Of a DNA stretch of 64,000 nt, positions 40,401 to 51,486 are shown in pieces. Each line of letters starts with the position of its first letter. The stretch's first letter is position 1. The position numbers and the translations under genes are program-made. The DNA is taken from the NCBI GenBank assembly GCA_963744145.1, contig CAVUSO010000001.1, positions 896,001-960,000 on the forward strand, written 5' to 3'. The notes under the pieces are model-generated. The model searched no databases and had not been told where the DNA came from. It saw only the letters and a program-made list of their open reading frames with translations. The DNA comes from an uncultured cyanobacterium. Its GTDB lineage: Bacteria > Cyanobacteriota > Cyanobacteriia > Cyanobacteriales > CAWUOF01.

Positions 40401-41410
40401 TTAATTATTGGGGTATGTTCATATTCTCGATATTTCACCCACATTGATCTCAATTGCTCTAACCAGGGTAATAATTCTGCATCTGGTAGTACCGATACTC
40501 TGACTGGAACTGTATTAATCAGTAGTCCTACCATTTTCTCCGTTTCTGGAAAACTGGACTTCCGACAATTTCTAGTTGCACCAAATAAGACCTCGGTTTC
40601 TCCACTATAACGACTGAGCAAAATTGCCCATGCTCCTAATAGGAAAGTATTGAGAGTTAGTTTTTTTTGTTTCGCGATCGTCTCCAATGCTGTGATTACT
40701 TGAGATGCTATTTCTATTTTGTATTGACCCGGAATTTTTTCTACTATTCTGTCTGGAGTAGTTGTTCCCATTAGGGGAGTAGGTGAGGTAAATCCTTGCA
40801 ATAAATTGCGCCAAAATTCTTCTAGTCCAGGGGGTTGATAGGTTTGCAGCCAATTGATATAGTTTTTATATGGTTCAGGATCATTTAATTGCCGATCTTC
40901 TCCCAGACAAAAAGCTTCATAAAAAGTAAAAAATTCCTGTAGCACTATGGTTAAAGATCTACCATCTAGCAAAGCATGGTGAAATGTCCAAATAAACCAG
41001 TAATCACTTTCACCAATCCTGAATAGTTTTGCTCTCATTAATGGGGGTTGATCAAGTTCAAACCCTTGCTGTCGATCGCTTTCTAAATAAGCTTGTAATT
41101 GCTGTTGGAGTTGTCCATTTGTTGCTGTCACCCGCCAATCTTTTTCTTCGATCAAAAAATTAACTACTGGATGAATAACTTGCTCCGGTTCATCCTGATT
41201 TTGCCATTGGAAACTGGTTTTTAATACCTGGTGACGTGCTAAAATCCTTTGCCAAGCTTTTTGAAATGCTTCTAGATTAATACTTTCATGGCATTCACAT
41301 ATTATTTGTTCAATATCTACCCCAGTTCTTTTAGCATATAAGCTATGGAATAACATCCCCTGTTGTAAGTGGGACAGTGGATAAGTATCTAGCTGATTTT
41401 CTGTTTTCAT
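37418..41410 (-). CDS. Stand-alone single-module NRPS (C-A-T-TE), predicted to activate glycine
   Basis: HHALLDG; YTSGSTGKPKG, YGPTE, YKTGDL; GGHSL; TE motif GHSSG; hand-read specificity code DILQLGMVWK. Confidence 0.92.
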   Translation of the reverse strand: MKTENQLDTYPLSHLQQGMLFHSLYAKRTGVDIEQIICECHESINLEAFQKAWQRILARHQVLKTSFQWQNQDEPEQVIHPVVNFLIEEKDWRVTATNGQLQQQLQAYLESDRQQGFELDQPPLMRAKLFRIGESDYWFIWTFHHALLDGRSLTIVLQEFFTFYEAFCLGEDRQLNDPEPYKNYINWLQTYQPPGLEEFWRNLLQGFTSPTPLMGTTTPDRIVEKIPGQYKIEIASQVITALETIAKQKKLTLNTFLLGAWAILLSRYSGETEVLFGATRNCRKSSFPETEKMVGLLINTVPVRVSVLPDAELLPWLEQLRSMWVKYREYEHTPIIKIQEWSNIPFGTPLFESLVIFENYSLNSRLRSLGGNWEKREFKLLEMNNYPLCLYAEQDEIAPQVFSLGLKLEYDQNRFNPEAIARMGGHLKTLLESMVVVTSQLKDLPILTEPERHQLLTLWNNTQTDYPTDLCLYQLIEAQVEKSPDAIAYSFENQQLSYRELNQKANQLAHYLRTLGVGPDVLVGISVERSPDEILGMLGILKAGGAYVPLDPAFPTDRLALIAEDAQLSVILTQKNLLNILPKATAKIVCLDQEWQNISTSSTENLANQTTSDHLAYVLYTSGSTGKPKGVQIPHRAVVNFLISMKEEPGFTSSDILLSVTTLSFDISVLEHYLPLIVGGRIERASRKVATDGIRLQELMVKSGATVLQATPATWRLLLEAEWKGNQQLKILCGGEPMSPDLAQKLIERVGSVWNMYGPTETTVWSTIYQVKQVNRTIPIGRPIANTEIYILDPSGQPVPIGISGELHIGGASVARGYLHRPELNAEKFIPNPFSTKLGDRIYKTGDLAKYLPNGEIECLGRIDFQVKIRGFRIELGEIESVLAKYPGVWQNAVTVREDIPGDKRLVAYIVPDPEQTPVVNDMKQVLKEKLPDYMVPSIFVFLESLPLTPNRKVDRRALPAPSGERQEESIFVAPSTELECQLAKIWEQILNIHPISIKDNFFELGGHSLLALRLFTQIEKVFGKNLPLATLLQAGTIEQLANIISTEEWSASWQSLVPIQTKGAKIPLFCIHPMGGNILDYKNLVPYLGEEQPVYGLQAKGLDGHSYPQNSFEEMATDYIKEMFTVQSEGPFLLIGHSSGGTIAFEIAQQLISQGHQVILVGLLDTYSPISIQMGRPKLLSKLQIFGYNLVNLPPQEKLMYIYERISTFLKPKYQKLMEKYYYGKAELAPWYMPEHIRRVQQAALAGQRKYKPQVYPGQITLFRVKEKQSWAHDLPNLGWDGLATGGIDIQDIPGTHLDLFAEPHIKILAAKLKSCIDKAVAEFTQTNG

Positions 41411-41489
41411 TTGTCTAACCTCCTCGGAAACCTTTTGATTAGAAAATTAGGGCTTTGTATAGTTTTGTAACAAAAATTATCTAGCAGTT

Positions 41490-41627
41490 ATACCAATTTT
41501 TGATGAAACTGCATATAATCCGATCCCCCCAACCCCCTTAAAAAGGGGGAGCCAGACTTGAAAGTCCCCCTTTTTAAGGGGGATTTAGGGGGATCAAAAT
41601 CTGTGCAACTTTACATTAAATTGGTAT
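41490..41627. mobile_element. MITE-like element with a nested CCCCCTT..AAGGGGG palindromic repeat
   Basis: Ends ATACCAATTT / AAATTGGTAT; internal GATCCCCCC...GGGGGATC. Confidence 0.7.
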
Positions 41628-41858
41628 TAAGTAAAAGCTATTGGGATTTAAAATTTCTTTTTATAAATCATTAAAAATTCCTTTTGAATAACTTTATATT
41701 TACCTATTATTCAAGATAATTATAATATTGTCAAGGGTTCAAATTGAAAAATTGAGAAATTATCATATATTTTGACTATAGATGCTGACTTTTAACGAGC
41801 TAATTTAGCCGACTAGGAGGGATACTAAAGCGACAGGAGAACTGCGGAGAATTTAGAT

Positions 41859-42773
41859 TTACAGACTAGTGAGAAAGTCCCATTCGGATGAATCATCAGA
41901 TAACTCCGAAGTTGGTGTAGTTGATACAGTTTCGGAAGGCAATTTGCCAGTTTGTAACAATGATTCATATTCACCGGAATCAACCCATTTAAAAAGTTCT
42001 GCCATTCTCATAATTGTCCAGGGGAGACGAAATTCTGTAAAACTAAATATTTTCGTTACCTGATCTAAAGTATCCAGATTATTGTTCATAAAACTACGAG
42101 ATTGCTCGACAAAATCATCAATAGTATCTAAGGTTAAATATTCATTAGGTAATCCACCTAATTTCATCAAAAACGCGATCGCTACCTCCAAATCCTGACA
42201 AGCTAACAACCCACAGCGATCGCTGGTAAATCTAGAGGTAACGATCCAATTTTGAAGTGCCACTTCTAACCCATTGGAGGCAATTCCACCTAGACCAAAA
42301 GTGGTATTATTAATCAGTGTCTTAATCATGGGCATGACATAAGCTATTTGTTGATAATTAATATATTGACATTTAATCTTAATTAATTCATGCCCAAATA
42401 AGAAATATAACTCCTCTTGAGTCAACCATTCCATTGCTTCTAAATTGATCCCGATGATTGGTTTTTCCACACCGATCACATAAGTAATAATCCGTCCTGC
42501 ACCTGCACCTAGATATAGTTCTGGGACAGGATTAATATCTAAAATATTGCAGGTATCGTTCAAGATATCGGAGAGTTTAGGGAAATTTCGGGAGGTAACT
42601 TTAAACTCACTTCCCAAAGTTTGAATTCTCAAAATCCGATCAATTCCATGTTCATTGATCTTCTTTAGTAAAAATGATAATCCGGGCATTTTTTCCAGAG
42701 CTACCAAAGCTTTGCGATCGGAGGGATGTTGATATAATTCCGGACTAAACCGAATCAAACGTTGCTGAACCAT
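41859..42773 (-). CDS. M48-family peptidase homolog with a degenerate zinc site
   Basis: YQHPSDRKAL and DRCGLLACQD match the family; HELIK replaces HExxH. Confidence 0.75.
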   Translation of the reverse strand: MVQQRLIRFSPELYQHPSDRKALVALEKMPGLSFLLKKINEHGIDRILRIQTLGSEFKVTSRNFPKLSDILNDTCNILDINPVPELYLGAGAGRIITYVIGVEKPIIGINLEAMEWLTQEELYFLFGHELIKIKCQYINYQQIAYVMPMIKTLINNTTFGLGGIASNGLEVALQNWIVTSRFTSDRCGLLACQDLEVAIAFLMKLGGLPNEYLTLDTIDDFVEQSRSFMNNNLDTLDQVTKIFSFTEFRLPWTIMRMAELFKWVDSGEYESLLQTGKLPSETVSTTPTSELSDDSSEWDFLTSL

Positions 42774-42947
42774 AGACTTTAGTTAGTATTTGTACTTATT
42801 GGTCAATCTAGCATAGATTAAGATACAGCTAATCATAGGGGTTGGATGACGCGATCGCCAAAATTTCTCCCCTGAACACACCCTTATTTCCGAGGAAATC
42901 TGACTATTAAGATTTACTGACTTGCATGAGCAAATACCCTAATTAAG

Positions 42948-42956
42948 TGATATAAT
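42948..42956 (+). promoter_or_regulatory. Extended -10 promoter for the thiC leader
   Basis: TGATATAAT about 10 nt before the riboswitch. Confidence 0.6.
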
Positions 42957-42966
42957 ATACAGCTAA

Positions 42967-43045
42967 AGCTAGGGGTGCCCAAACTAATGGGCTGAGATTA
43001 AACCCTGAGAACCTGACACCGGGTAATACCGGCGGAGGAAAGCTG
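42967..43045 (+). ncRNA. TPP riboswitch
   Basis: GGGGTGC...GCTGAGA...ACCC...GAACCTGA...GGTAATACC.GCG.AGG.AAGC directly upstream of thiC. Confidence 0.95.
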
Positions 43046-43059
43046 TTTATTGAGGATAA

Positions 43060-44439
<1,380 letters not shown>

Positions 44440-44669
44440 GGGATTATTAAATATAGGTGAGAAGAGATGGGAAGACGAAATTATCTTTTCTTTTGTTCCC
44501 GATTTTCTCACCTTTATTGAATCATCAAATTACAGCTTCCAGATTTTGATGTAACTGGGTTGATGTAACTAATTTTCATCAAAAAAAATAAAGATTTGTT
44601 GGGAACATTTTCTGGCTTCGCTCAAATGTTATGATAGATATAATTAGAATATTTCACCTCTTTTTTTTT

Positions 44670-45272
44670 ATGAAAAATCATCGATTGCTGATTCCTTTTC
44701 TATTGGCTTTTCTGAGTCTAACCAGCATTGGGGTCAAAGAAGTTCGCGCTGATGTAGCCCAAAGCTCCAACGGTAGTTATAGTCAATCCGGTCAAAACAG
44801 CTCCGATAGTAGTAGTAGTAGTCAAAACAGCTCCGGTAGTAGTAGTAGTAGTAGTAGTAGTAGTCAAAACAGCTCCGGTAGTAGTAGTAGTCAAAACAGC
44901 TCCGGTAGTAGTAGTCAATCCGGTCAAACCGAAACTTGGGGCCATCGTAATGGCCAATCCGGTCAAACCCAAAATTGGACCAATCGTAATGGCCAAACCC
45001 AAAATTGGACCAATCGTAATGGTCAAACCCAAAATTGGACTAATCGTAATGGTCAATCCGGTCAAACCCAAAATTGGACCAATCGTAATGGATCGGAACG
45101 TTACCAAGTTAATCAGGAATGGCAAAATCGCGAACGGGTGCGGGTCGAAGCGGAACGTCGTCGTTGGGAATGGGAACGGACCGAAGCTGCACGTCGTGAA
45201 GCTGATCGCAACGATCATCGTGATCATCGTTATGTAGAAGCAAAAAGACAAAGACGTTACGTTCACTATTAA
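44670..45272 (+). CDS. Secreted low-complexity repeat protein (Ser-rich block, GQTQNWTNRN repeats, Arg/Glu tail)
   Basis: Signal peptide MKNHRLL...VRA; internal DNA tandem repeats; terminator downstream. Confidence 0.65.
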   Translation: MKNHRLLIPFLLAFLSLTSIGVKEVRADVAQSSNGSYSQSGQNSSDSSSSSQNSSGSSSSSSSSSQNSSGSSSSQNSSGSSSQSGQTETWGHRNGQSGQTQNWTNRNGQTQNWTNRNGQTQNWTNRNGQSGQTQNWTNRNGSERYQVNQEWQNRERVRVEAERRRWEWERTEAARREADRNDHRDHRYVEAKRQRRYVHY

Positions 45273-45301
45273 AGATAAACAGCAAAAAATCACCAACATC
45301 T

Positions 45302-45328
45302 GGGTAGAATTATTTCTACCCGTTTTTT
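45302..45328 (+). terminator. Rho-independent terminator
   Basis: GGGTAGAA-ttat-TTCTACCC followed by a T-run. Confidence 0.7.
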
Positions 45329-45371
45329 GATGTTCACCTAATTACTCACGATAGACAAGTGGGGGTAAATC

Positions 45372-46619
45372 TTGAAAAGGAATTTTATTGCTGGTAAAAA
45401 AGCTTTATTGTTTGGGTTAAGTGGAGCAGGAGGAGGATTTCTTGGTAACTTAATCACCGAAAAATTTTTAGAGTTTGACTATTACCATCGGGAATCATTC
45501 TTTGTTTCTGTGCTACATACTGCAATCTGGTTTGGAATCGTTGGTGCTGGAATTGCTACAGGGATTTTAATCGGATATAACTACTACTTGAAACGTCGTT
45601 GGCAATTTGCTCAACTGATTACTCAAGGTGTATTATTAGGTTTAATTGCTGGGGTGATATCTGGAGGTTTAGCTGAAGCGATTTATAGTGGAATTGGACC
45701 GGATAACTTGTTACTAAATGAATTGTTACGAGTAACTTGTTGGGGAATTGCTGGAAGTTTATTAGGATTAGGACTTTCCTTTCGGTTACCTAACTTAGGA
45801 CGTATTCGTGGAATGTTTGGTGGTCTAGTTGGGGGTGGATTAGGAGGAATTTTATTTATCATTTTTGCTTATACTTTATCCGGTACAATAGGTCGTCTCA
45901 CTGGTTGTGCTGCGATTGGCTTTTTTATTGGTTTAATGTTGATTATTGCTGAGACTTTATTTAGTAAAGCTTGGTTATTAATTACTTATGATAATGGGGA
46001 AACTCGCACTATTAATTTTGGTAAAGAACCACTGACGATTGGTAGTGACGATAATCGGTCTATTATTTATGTTTTAAATGTAGCACCTGTAGCCTTAAGG
46101 TTTACTTTAGAGCAGGGACAAATTATCAGTGAAGATGTACCAACGGGAACCAAAAATTATTTAAAACCTGGTTATCAAAAGCGTGTTGGTAATTGTACAA
46201 TTACGATCGGTGGGACGGAAGAAATTAATCTAATTTCCCCTGATCCATTACCATCCTCTCCGATTCAAGAATTAGCTCCGACAGTTCTCCATCAAGAGCA
46301 GTCCCAAAAACAAGTAGCAACTCTCACTCATTTTACCTCCCAAGAAGCGATCGCCTTAATAAATTTTCCTTTTACTATTGGACGAGAACCTAGCAATAAC
46401 CTAGTCCCCGAAGAGCCAAAATGTTCCCGTTATCACGCTCAAATCACTCGTGAAAATAATGGTAGTTTCCGCTATCAAATTATCGATTTAAACAGCTCTA
46501 ATGGTACTTTTGTGGATGAAGTAAGATTGATCCCCCATCAACCTTTATGGTTAAATGATGGTGATATAATTAGAATTGGTGAACAAAAGTGGACTTTTTC
46601 TAGTAATTCTGTTGTCTAA
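45372..46619 (+). CDS. Multi-pass membrane protein with a C-terminal forkhead-associated domain
   Basis: Gly-rich transmembrane helices; IGRE...SRYHA...DLNSSNGTFV. Confidence 0.85.
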   Translation: MKRNFIAGKKALLFGLSGAGGGFLGNLITEKFLEFDYYHRESFFVSVLHTAIWFGIVGAGIATGILIGYNYYLKRRWQFAQLITQGVLLGLIAGVISGGLAEAIYSGIGPDNLLLNELLRVTCWGIAGSLLGLGLSFRLPNLGRIRGMFGGLVGGGLGGILFIIFAYTLSGTIGRLTGCAAIGFFIGLMLIIAETLFSKAWLLITYDNGETRTINFGKEPLTIGSDDNRSIIYVLNVAPVALRFTLEQGQIISEDVPTGTKNYLKPGYQKRVGNCTITIGGTEEINLISPDPLPSSPIQELAPTVLHQEQSQKQVATLTHFTSQEAIALINFPFTIGREPSNNLVPEEPKCSRYHAQITRENNGSFRYQIIDLNSSNGTFVDEVRLIPHQPLWLNDGDIIRIGEQKWTFSSNSVV

Positions 46620-46683
46620 AAATAGAATTTAAGCTCACGAACTGGAAAAAATCGTCAAAATTGTTGCTTCAAGACTGATCACA

Positions 46684-47247
46684 ATGGAATTGAAAAATGC
46701 TCTATTTGATTTACCGACTCTCAAAACTGAGCGATTGCTGTTGCGTAAAATTACCCTGAAAGATGCTAAAGATATGTTTGAATATACTAGCGATCCAGAA
46801 GTCGCTAAATATACTCTTTGGTATGCTCACCAATCGATATCAGAAAGCAAATATTTTATTAAATCTGTGATCGAACAGTACCATAACCATCAAGGTGCTG
46901 ATTGGGGAATAGTTCATCAAGCTGATCAAAAATTTATTGGTACTTGTGGATTTACAGAATGGGTTAACCTTGATGATCGAGGAGAAATTGGTTATAATCT
47001 CTCCCGGAAGTATTGGGGAAAAGGTTATATGTTAGAAGCAGTTCGAGCGATTTTGTCTTTTGGATTTAGCCAAATGCACCTCAATCGGATTCAAGCTAGA
47101 TGTAAAATTGCTAATGTGGCTTCAGCTCGGGTCATGGAAAAAGTAGGTATGAAATATGAAGGTACTTTGCGACAATATATTTTCGCTAAAGGTGCTTATC
47201 ATGATCTTAAACTGTATTCGATTCTGAAACAAGAATTTTTGCCTTGA
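46684..47247 (+). CDS. GNAT N-acetyltransferase, RimJ/RimL family
   Basis: LKTERLLLR, YWGKGY, NVASARVMEKVGMKYEG. Confidence 0.9.
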   Translation: MELKNALFDLPTLKTERLLLRKITLKDAKDMFEYTSDPEVAKYTLWYAHQSISESKYFIKSVIEQYHNHQGADWGIVHQADQKFIGTCGFTEWVNLDDRGEIGYNLSRKYWGKGYMLEAVRAILSFGFSQMHLNRIQARCKIANVASARVMEKVGMKYEGTLRQYIFAKGAYHDLKLYSILKQEFLP

Positions 47248-47268
47248 CCAACTGGTTTTTTTATAAAT

Positions 47269-47934
47269 ATGAATCTGTCCTTACCTAGTTCTACCCCCTA
47301 TCTGATTTCTCCCCAGATCTCACCAAATTTAATGCGAGAATCTGCTCCCCTCCATGCACCATTAAAATTGGGGATCATGTCATCAGGAAGTGGGAGTAAT
47401 TTTGAAGCGATCGCCCAAGCAATCAATCAGGGTGAACTTAATGCCAAAATTCCAGTCTTAATCTATAATAATCCCGATGCTCAGGTAGTTGCTAGAGCAG
47501 AACGATTAGGAATACCTGCAATCTTAGTTAATCATCGTCAATTTAAACATCGTCAAGATTTTGATCAGAAAATTGTCGAAATTTTGCAGAGCTATGAAAT
47601 AGAATGGGTGGTGATGGCGGGTTGGATGCGAATTATTACTCAGGTGTTGCTTGATGCTTTTCCCGCTCGCATCATTAATATTCATCCCAGTTTACTACCT
47701 AGTTTCCCAGGTATTCACGCAGTTGACCAAGCTTTAGCTGCGGGAGTTAAAATTACTGGTTGTACAGTACATATTGCTTGTTTAGAAGTTGATACTGGTC
47801 CAATTATTATGCAAGCTGCTGTACCAATTCTTCCTGATGATACCCCCGCAACTCTTCATGCTAGGATTCAAGTGCAAGAACATCAGATTTTTCCTGCTGC
47901 GATCGCGCTAATTGCATCCCAAACTAACAAATAA
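47269..47934 (+). CDS. purN: Phosphoribosylglycinamide formyltransferase
   Basis: SGSGSNF, INIHPSLLPSFPG, GCTVH, VDTGPII. Confidence 0.96.
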   Translation: MNLSLPSSTPYLISPQISPNLMRESAPLHAPLKLGIMSSGSGSNFEAIAQAINQGELNAKIPVLIYNNPDAQVVARAERLGIPAILVNHRQFKHRQDFDQKIVEILQSYEIEWVVMAGWMRIITQVLLDAFPARIINIHPSLLPSFPGIHAVDQALAAGVKITGCTVHIACLEVDTGPIIMQAAVPILPDDTPATLHARIQVQEHQIFPAAIALIASQTNK

Positions 47935-47952
47935 AATCGGGAAATAATTCAA

Positions 47953-49512
47953 TTAAGTCCGAAAAATTATTTGACCATTAAGCAGTGCTACTAATTGGAT
48001 TTTTAAGGGTCCAGCAGTATAAGTGACATCAGCTGCGATCGCTTTAATATCAATCGTGGCTGTTTGTTTTTGTAATTGTTCTAAAAAGCTAATCAAAGTC
48101 GTAATTCGACCGTCACCAATTTGGATTGTATCCGCTAAAATTCCCAGATTACGAGCGCGAAAATTAGAAGCGACCAACAATTGGTCTATTCTTTGTTGAA
48201 TTTGGCTTTGGGACATATTTACTGGATTAACCGAAGTTTCTGCTACCACATCACCAGGATGAAACACCACTTGATTACGAACTGCATCAGCAAATACTTG
48301 AACTGGTATTTCACCCTTTAAATAATTAGCAGCTCCCAAAATTCGCACCACATATTCTTCCCCATCTTTAATTTGACTCATCAGAGATTGGACTTCAAAA
48401 TTAGAAATTTGAATCACCTGTTCATTAACATTATTTTTTTCCCCCAATTTGATCACCGCTTGATTAGCTTTTTGTAAAAGTTTATCGACCGCACTTTTAG
48501 TAGCATTCGGATCAATAATCCGCACTATTCCAGTCGCAAGAACTTGACCACGACGAATAATTACATTACCCAAACGTAACTCTTTAAAATCCTGTTCGAG
48601 GGATAAAATATCCTGTTTCAGAAAATTTTGCTGTGTTTCTAAACTAACCTGTTCTTTTTCCAATTCTTTTAAACGAGACTCACGACTAGCTAAGATTTTA
48701 TCGCGATTGGTAATTTCTTGTTGTTGTTGCTGCAATTTTTGATTACTTTGTTGCAGTTCTTGATTACGATCAACAATTAGTTGATCCTTATCAACTAATT
48801 GTTGATCCTTATCAACTAAATTTTGGTTCAGCAATCCTACCTTTTGATTTTGCTGGGAAATTTCTTGTTGACGCTGAGTTAATTCTTGATTTTTCTGGGC
48901 TAATTGGTGATCTTGTTGAGCAATTTCCCGATCGCGTTGAGCAATAGTAGCTTTAATTTGCTGTTGCTGACGCTTTAAATTTTGACGTTCCGTTTGTAAT
49001 TGTTTAATCTCCAACCGGAGCGCATCTTTTTGGCTAATAGTTTGATTTAATTGACTTTGAACTTTGGCAAATTGTTGTTGAGTTTCTTGTTGTTTAGCGA
49101 TCGCTTGGTCAAGTTTACTTAAAGCACTTTGTAAAGATTGATTAATATCATTTAACTTGGCTTGAGCCTCAGTTTGCTGAACCCGGGATTGAGCTAATTT
49201 AGCTTCCACCTGGTTTTTTTCTGCACTGACTTGCTCCAAATCTCGACTAGCATTTCTTAATTTTTTTTGAATTTCATCAAGTTGAAAAATTCCTTGACGT
49301 AAAGGTTTGCTCGTGGCAAACAAAATCCCTAAAGTAGAACCAGCAATAATAATACCTGTCACAATCGTTACGACCACCGCAGTTTGACGGGGACGTAGCT
49401 TAAACAAACTCAGCCGCGCTTTGCCCACGCGAGTGCCTATGCGATCACCTAGTGTGGCGATCGCACCGCCCAAAATTAAAATGGCCAAAATGAGGATATA
49501 CCCGATGGTCAT
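47953..49512 (-). CDS. DUF3084 domain coiled-coil protein
   Basis: GDRIGTRVGKARLSLFKLRPRQTA and a long coiled coil; directly downstream of ntcA. Confidence 0.85.
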   Translation of the reverse strand: MTIGYILILAILILGGAIATLGDRIGTRVGKARLSLFKLRPRQTAVVVTIVTGIIIAGSTLGILFATSKPLRQGIFQLDEIQKKLRNASRDLEQVSAEKNQVEAKLAQSRVQQTEAQAKLNDINQSLQSALSKLDQAIAKQQETQQQFAKVQSQLNQTISQKDALRLEIKQLQTERQNLKRQQQQIKATIAQRDREIAQQDHQLAQKNQELTQRQQEISQQNQKVGLLNQNLVDKDQQLVDKDQLIVDRNQELQQSNQKLQQQQQEITNRDKILASRESRLKELEKEQVSLETQQNFLKQDILSLEQDFKELRLGNVIIRRGQVLATGIVRIIDPNATKSAVDKLLQKANQAVIKLGEKNNVNEQVIQISNFEVQSLMSQIKDGEEYVVRILGAANYLKGEIPVQVFADAVRNQVVFHPGDVVAETSVNPVNMSQSQIQQRIDQLLVASNFRARNLGILADTIQIGDGRITTLISFLEQLQKQTATIDIKAIAADVTYTAGPLKIQLVALLNGQIIFRT

Positions 49513-49616
49513 CTAGCTTTCGGGATGCCTTTTACTGAATATAAACAATCCAGATCCAGCGTAACCCCGGATCGTCATCTTTTCTAAAGAAAGATTTCCC
49601 AAATTTGGCGTACTAA

Positions 49617-50288
49617 CTAGGTAAATTGCTGACTCAAGATCACTGGATTATGAACAGTAATTTTTTTCTTATGGATCGAAATCATTTTTTCTTGACGTAA
49701 ATCTCCTAACAAACGAGTGACGGTGACTCGAGTTGAGCCAATTGCTTCAGCGATCGCTTGGTGAGACAGCTTTAAATCAATTGTAATCCCATCTCCTGAG
49801 GGCACCCCAAAATCGCGACAGAGGATTAACAAAAAACTGACCAACCGCGAACCCATATCACGGTGGGCCAGAGTTTCGATCATCATTTCGGTTTGTAAGA
49901 TGCGCGAGGAAAGTCCCTGGAGCATCATAATCGACAAATCCGGATCATCTTTGAGGGCTTTTTCCACCTGTTCAATCTGGATCGAGAGCAATTCCACTGG
50001 TGTAAAAGCGACCGCGTGATAAAAGCGATCAGATCGATGACCAGTAATTAATGACAAAACACCGAAAACGCTATTTTCCCTCAATAGGGCTACTGTAATT
50101 TCTTCTCCAGCTTCATAAACTCTGGAAAGCTTGACCGCACCCTTCAGTAAAAAATAAACTCGTTCAGCAGGATCTCCTGGAAAAAATATTGTTTTCCCTC
50201 GCTCGAAGCTTTCCACCACTGGGGGAAAAGCCCCGCTGCCCATTTGCCGAAACACATTTGCTAGTGGTCGATCATGTGTCATTACCAT
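49617..50288 (-). CDS. ntcA: Global nitrogen regulator NtcA
   Basis: [37 protein letters not shown]. Confidence 0.98.
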   Translation of the reverse strand: MVMTHDRPLANVFRQMGSGAFPPVVESFERGKTIFFPGDPAERVYFLLKGAVKLSRVYEAGEEITVALLRENSVFGVLSLITGHRSDRFYHAVAFTPVELLSIQIEQVEKALKDDPDLSIMMLQGLSSRILQTEMMIETLAHRDMGSRLVSFLLILCRDFGVPSGDGITIDLKLSHQAIAEAIGSTRVTVTRLLGDLRQEKMISIHKKKITVHNPVILSQQFT

Positions 50289-50427
50289 ATTCCATTGCCT
50301 GAAGCAGTCCCCTATAAACCTTGGATGATACTTTTGCGCTCTAATTTACTAATAACTAGCTTAGTGTTACAGATTCTTGACTTTAGAACACTGTAAAACA
50401 ATTAAACTTACTTGGAGATGGTTTTTT

Positions 50428-50441
50428 GTACCAATAGATAC
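50428..50441. promoter_or_regulatory. NtcA binding site (probable autoregulation)
   Basis: tGTA-ccaataga-TACa (GTA-N8-TAC) about 146 bp upstream of ntcA. Confidence 0.8.
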
Positions 50442-50559
50442 ATAATTTTTGAGGAGCTAATTCTCTGATCACTATTCAGATTAGTTTCCTGAGTTATCTG
50501 GTTATTTTTTTGACCAAAATCATCCTTACCTTGATCCTTTCTTTGTTAATGGACTGTGT

Positions 50560-51338
50560 ATGCTAGATTTAACTGGAAAAAACGCGCTAGTCACTGGAAT
50601 TGCTAACAATCGTTCCATTGCCTGGGGCATTGCCCAACAATTACACAAAGCGGGTGCCAATCTCTGTATTACTTATCTACCTGATGATAAAGGGCGTTTT
50701 GAGAAAAAAGTTGCTGAAGTGGTAGAACCTCTAAACCCCAGCTTATTTTTACCTTGTAATGTCCAAGATGAAGCCCAAGTTCAGTCTACCTTCGGAATTG
50801 TTGGAGAAAAGTGGGGACATTTAGATATTTTGATCCATTGTCTGGCTTTTGCTAACAAAGAAGGCTTATCTGGAGATTTTACTAATGTTTCCCGCTCATG
50901 TTTCACTGAAGCTTTGGAAATTAGCACCTATTCTTTGACCCAGCTTAGTGCTGCGGCTAAACCATTGCTTAGAGCTGGTGGTAGTATTGTTACTCTCACT
51001 TATCTAGGTGGAGTCAAAGTAATTCCTAATTATAATTTAATGGGAATTGCCAAAGCTGGTTTAGAGATGAGTGTTCGTTATTTAGCGGCTGAATTTGGCC
51101 CATTAAATATTCGCGTGAATGGGATTTCGGCTGGACCAATCCGCACCCTGCCGTCTCTTCCGCAGTTGGTGGGATTTTAGATATGATTCATCACGTTGAA
51201 GAAATTGCTCCCCTACGACGTACTGTGACTCAGTTAGAAGTAGGTAATACAGCAGCTTTCTTATGTAGTGATTTAGCTTCGGGTATTACTGGTCAGATTC
51301 TTTATGTGGATGCGGGTTACGAGATTATGGGAATGTAA
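50560..51338 (+). CDS. fabI: Enoyl-ACP reductase with an apparent +2 frameshift near 51150-51158
   Basis: GIANNRSIAWGIA, YNLMGIAK, AGPIRTL; the shifted frame resumes SAVGGILDMIHHVEE...YVDAGYEIMGM*. Confidence 0.93.
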
Positions 51339-51486
51339 GTTGGTTTCAACCGCTTAAAATGCAAGTTGGGCTAATCGTTGCAACGTAATTAAACGGAGGA
51401 ATTCGGAGTAATCTGAACCTTGATTAGCCCAGATCCCACCTCTGTCTTTTTGGTTAATTAAATACAATCTTAATTGTAGCTCAATT

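Noticed and set aside
37418..41410. MysE-type mycosporine NRPS
   Set aside because: No mysABC genes are nearby, and the specificity code reads as Gly rather than Ser. It cannot be fully excluded without a phylogeny.
44718..45299. 193-aa minus-strand ORF and 95-aa alternative-frame ORF
   Set aside because: Both are stop-free by-products of the repeats. The plus-strand frame has the signal peptide and the terminator.
48765..48822. 21-bp repeats in the DUF3084 gene (LVDKDQQ)
   Set aside because: This is an ordinary coiled-coil heptad expansion.
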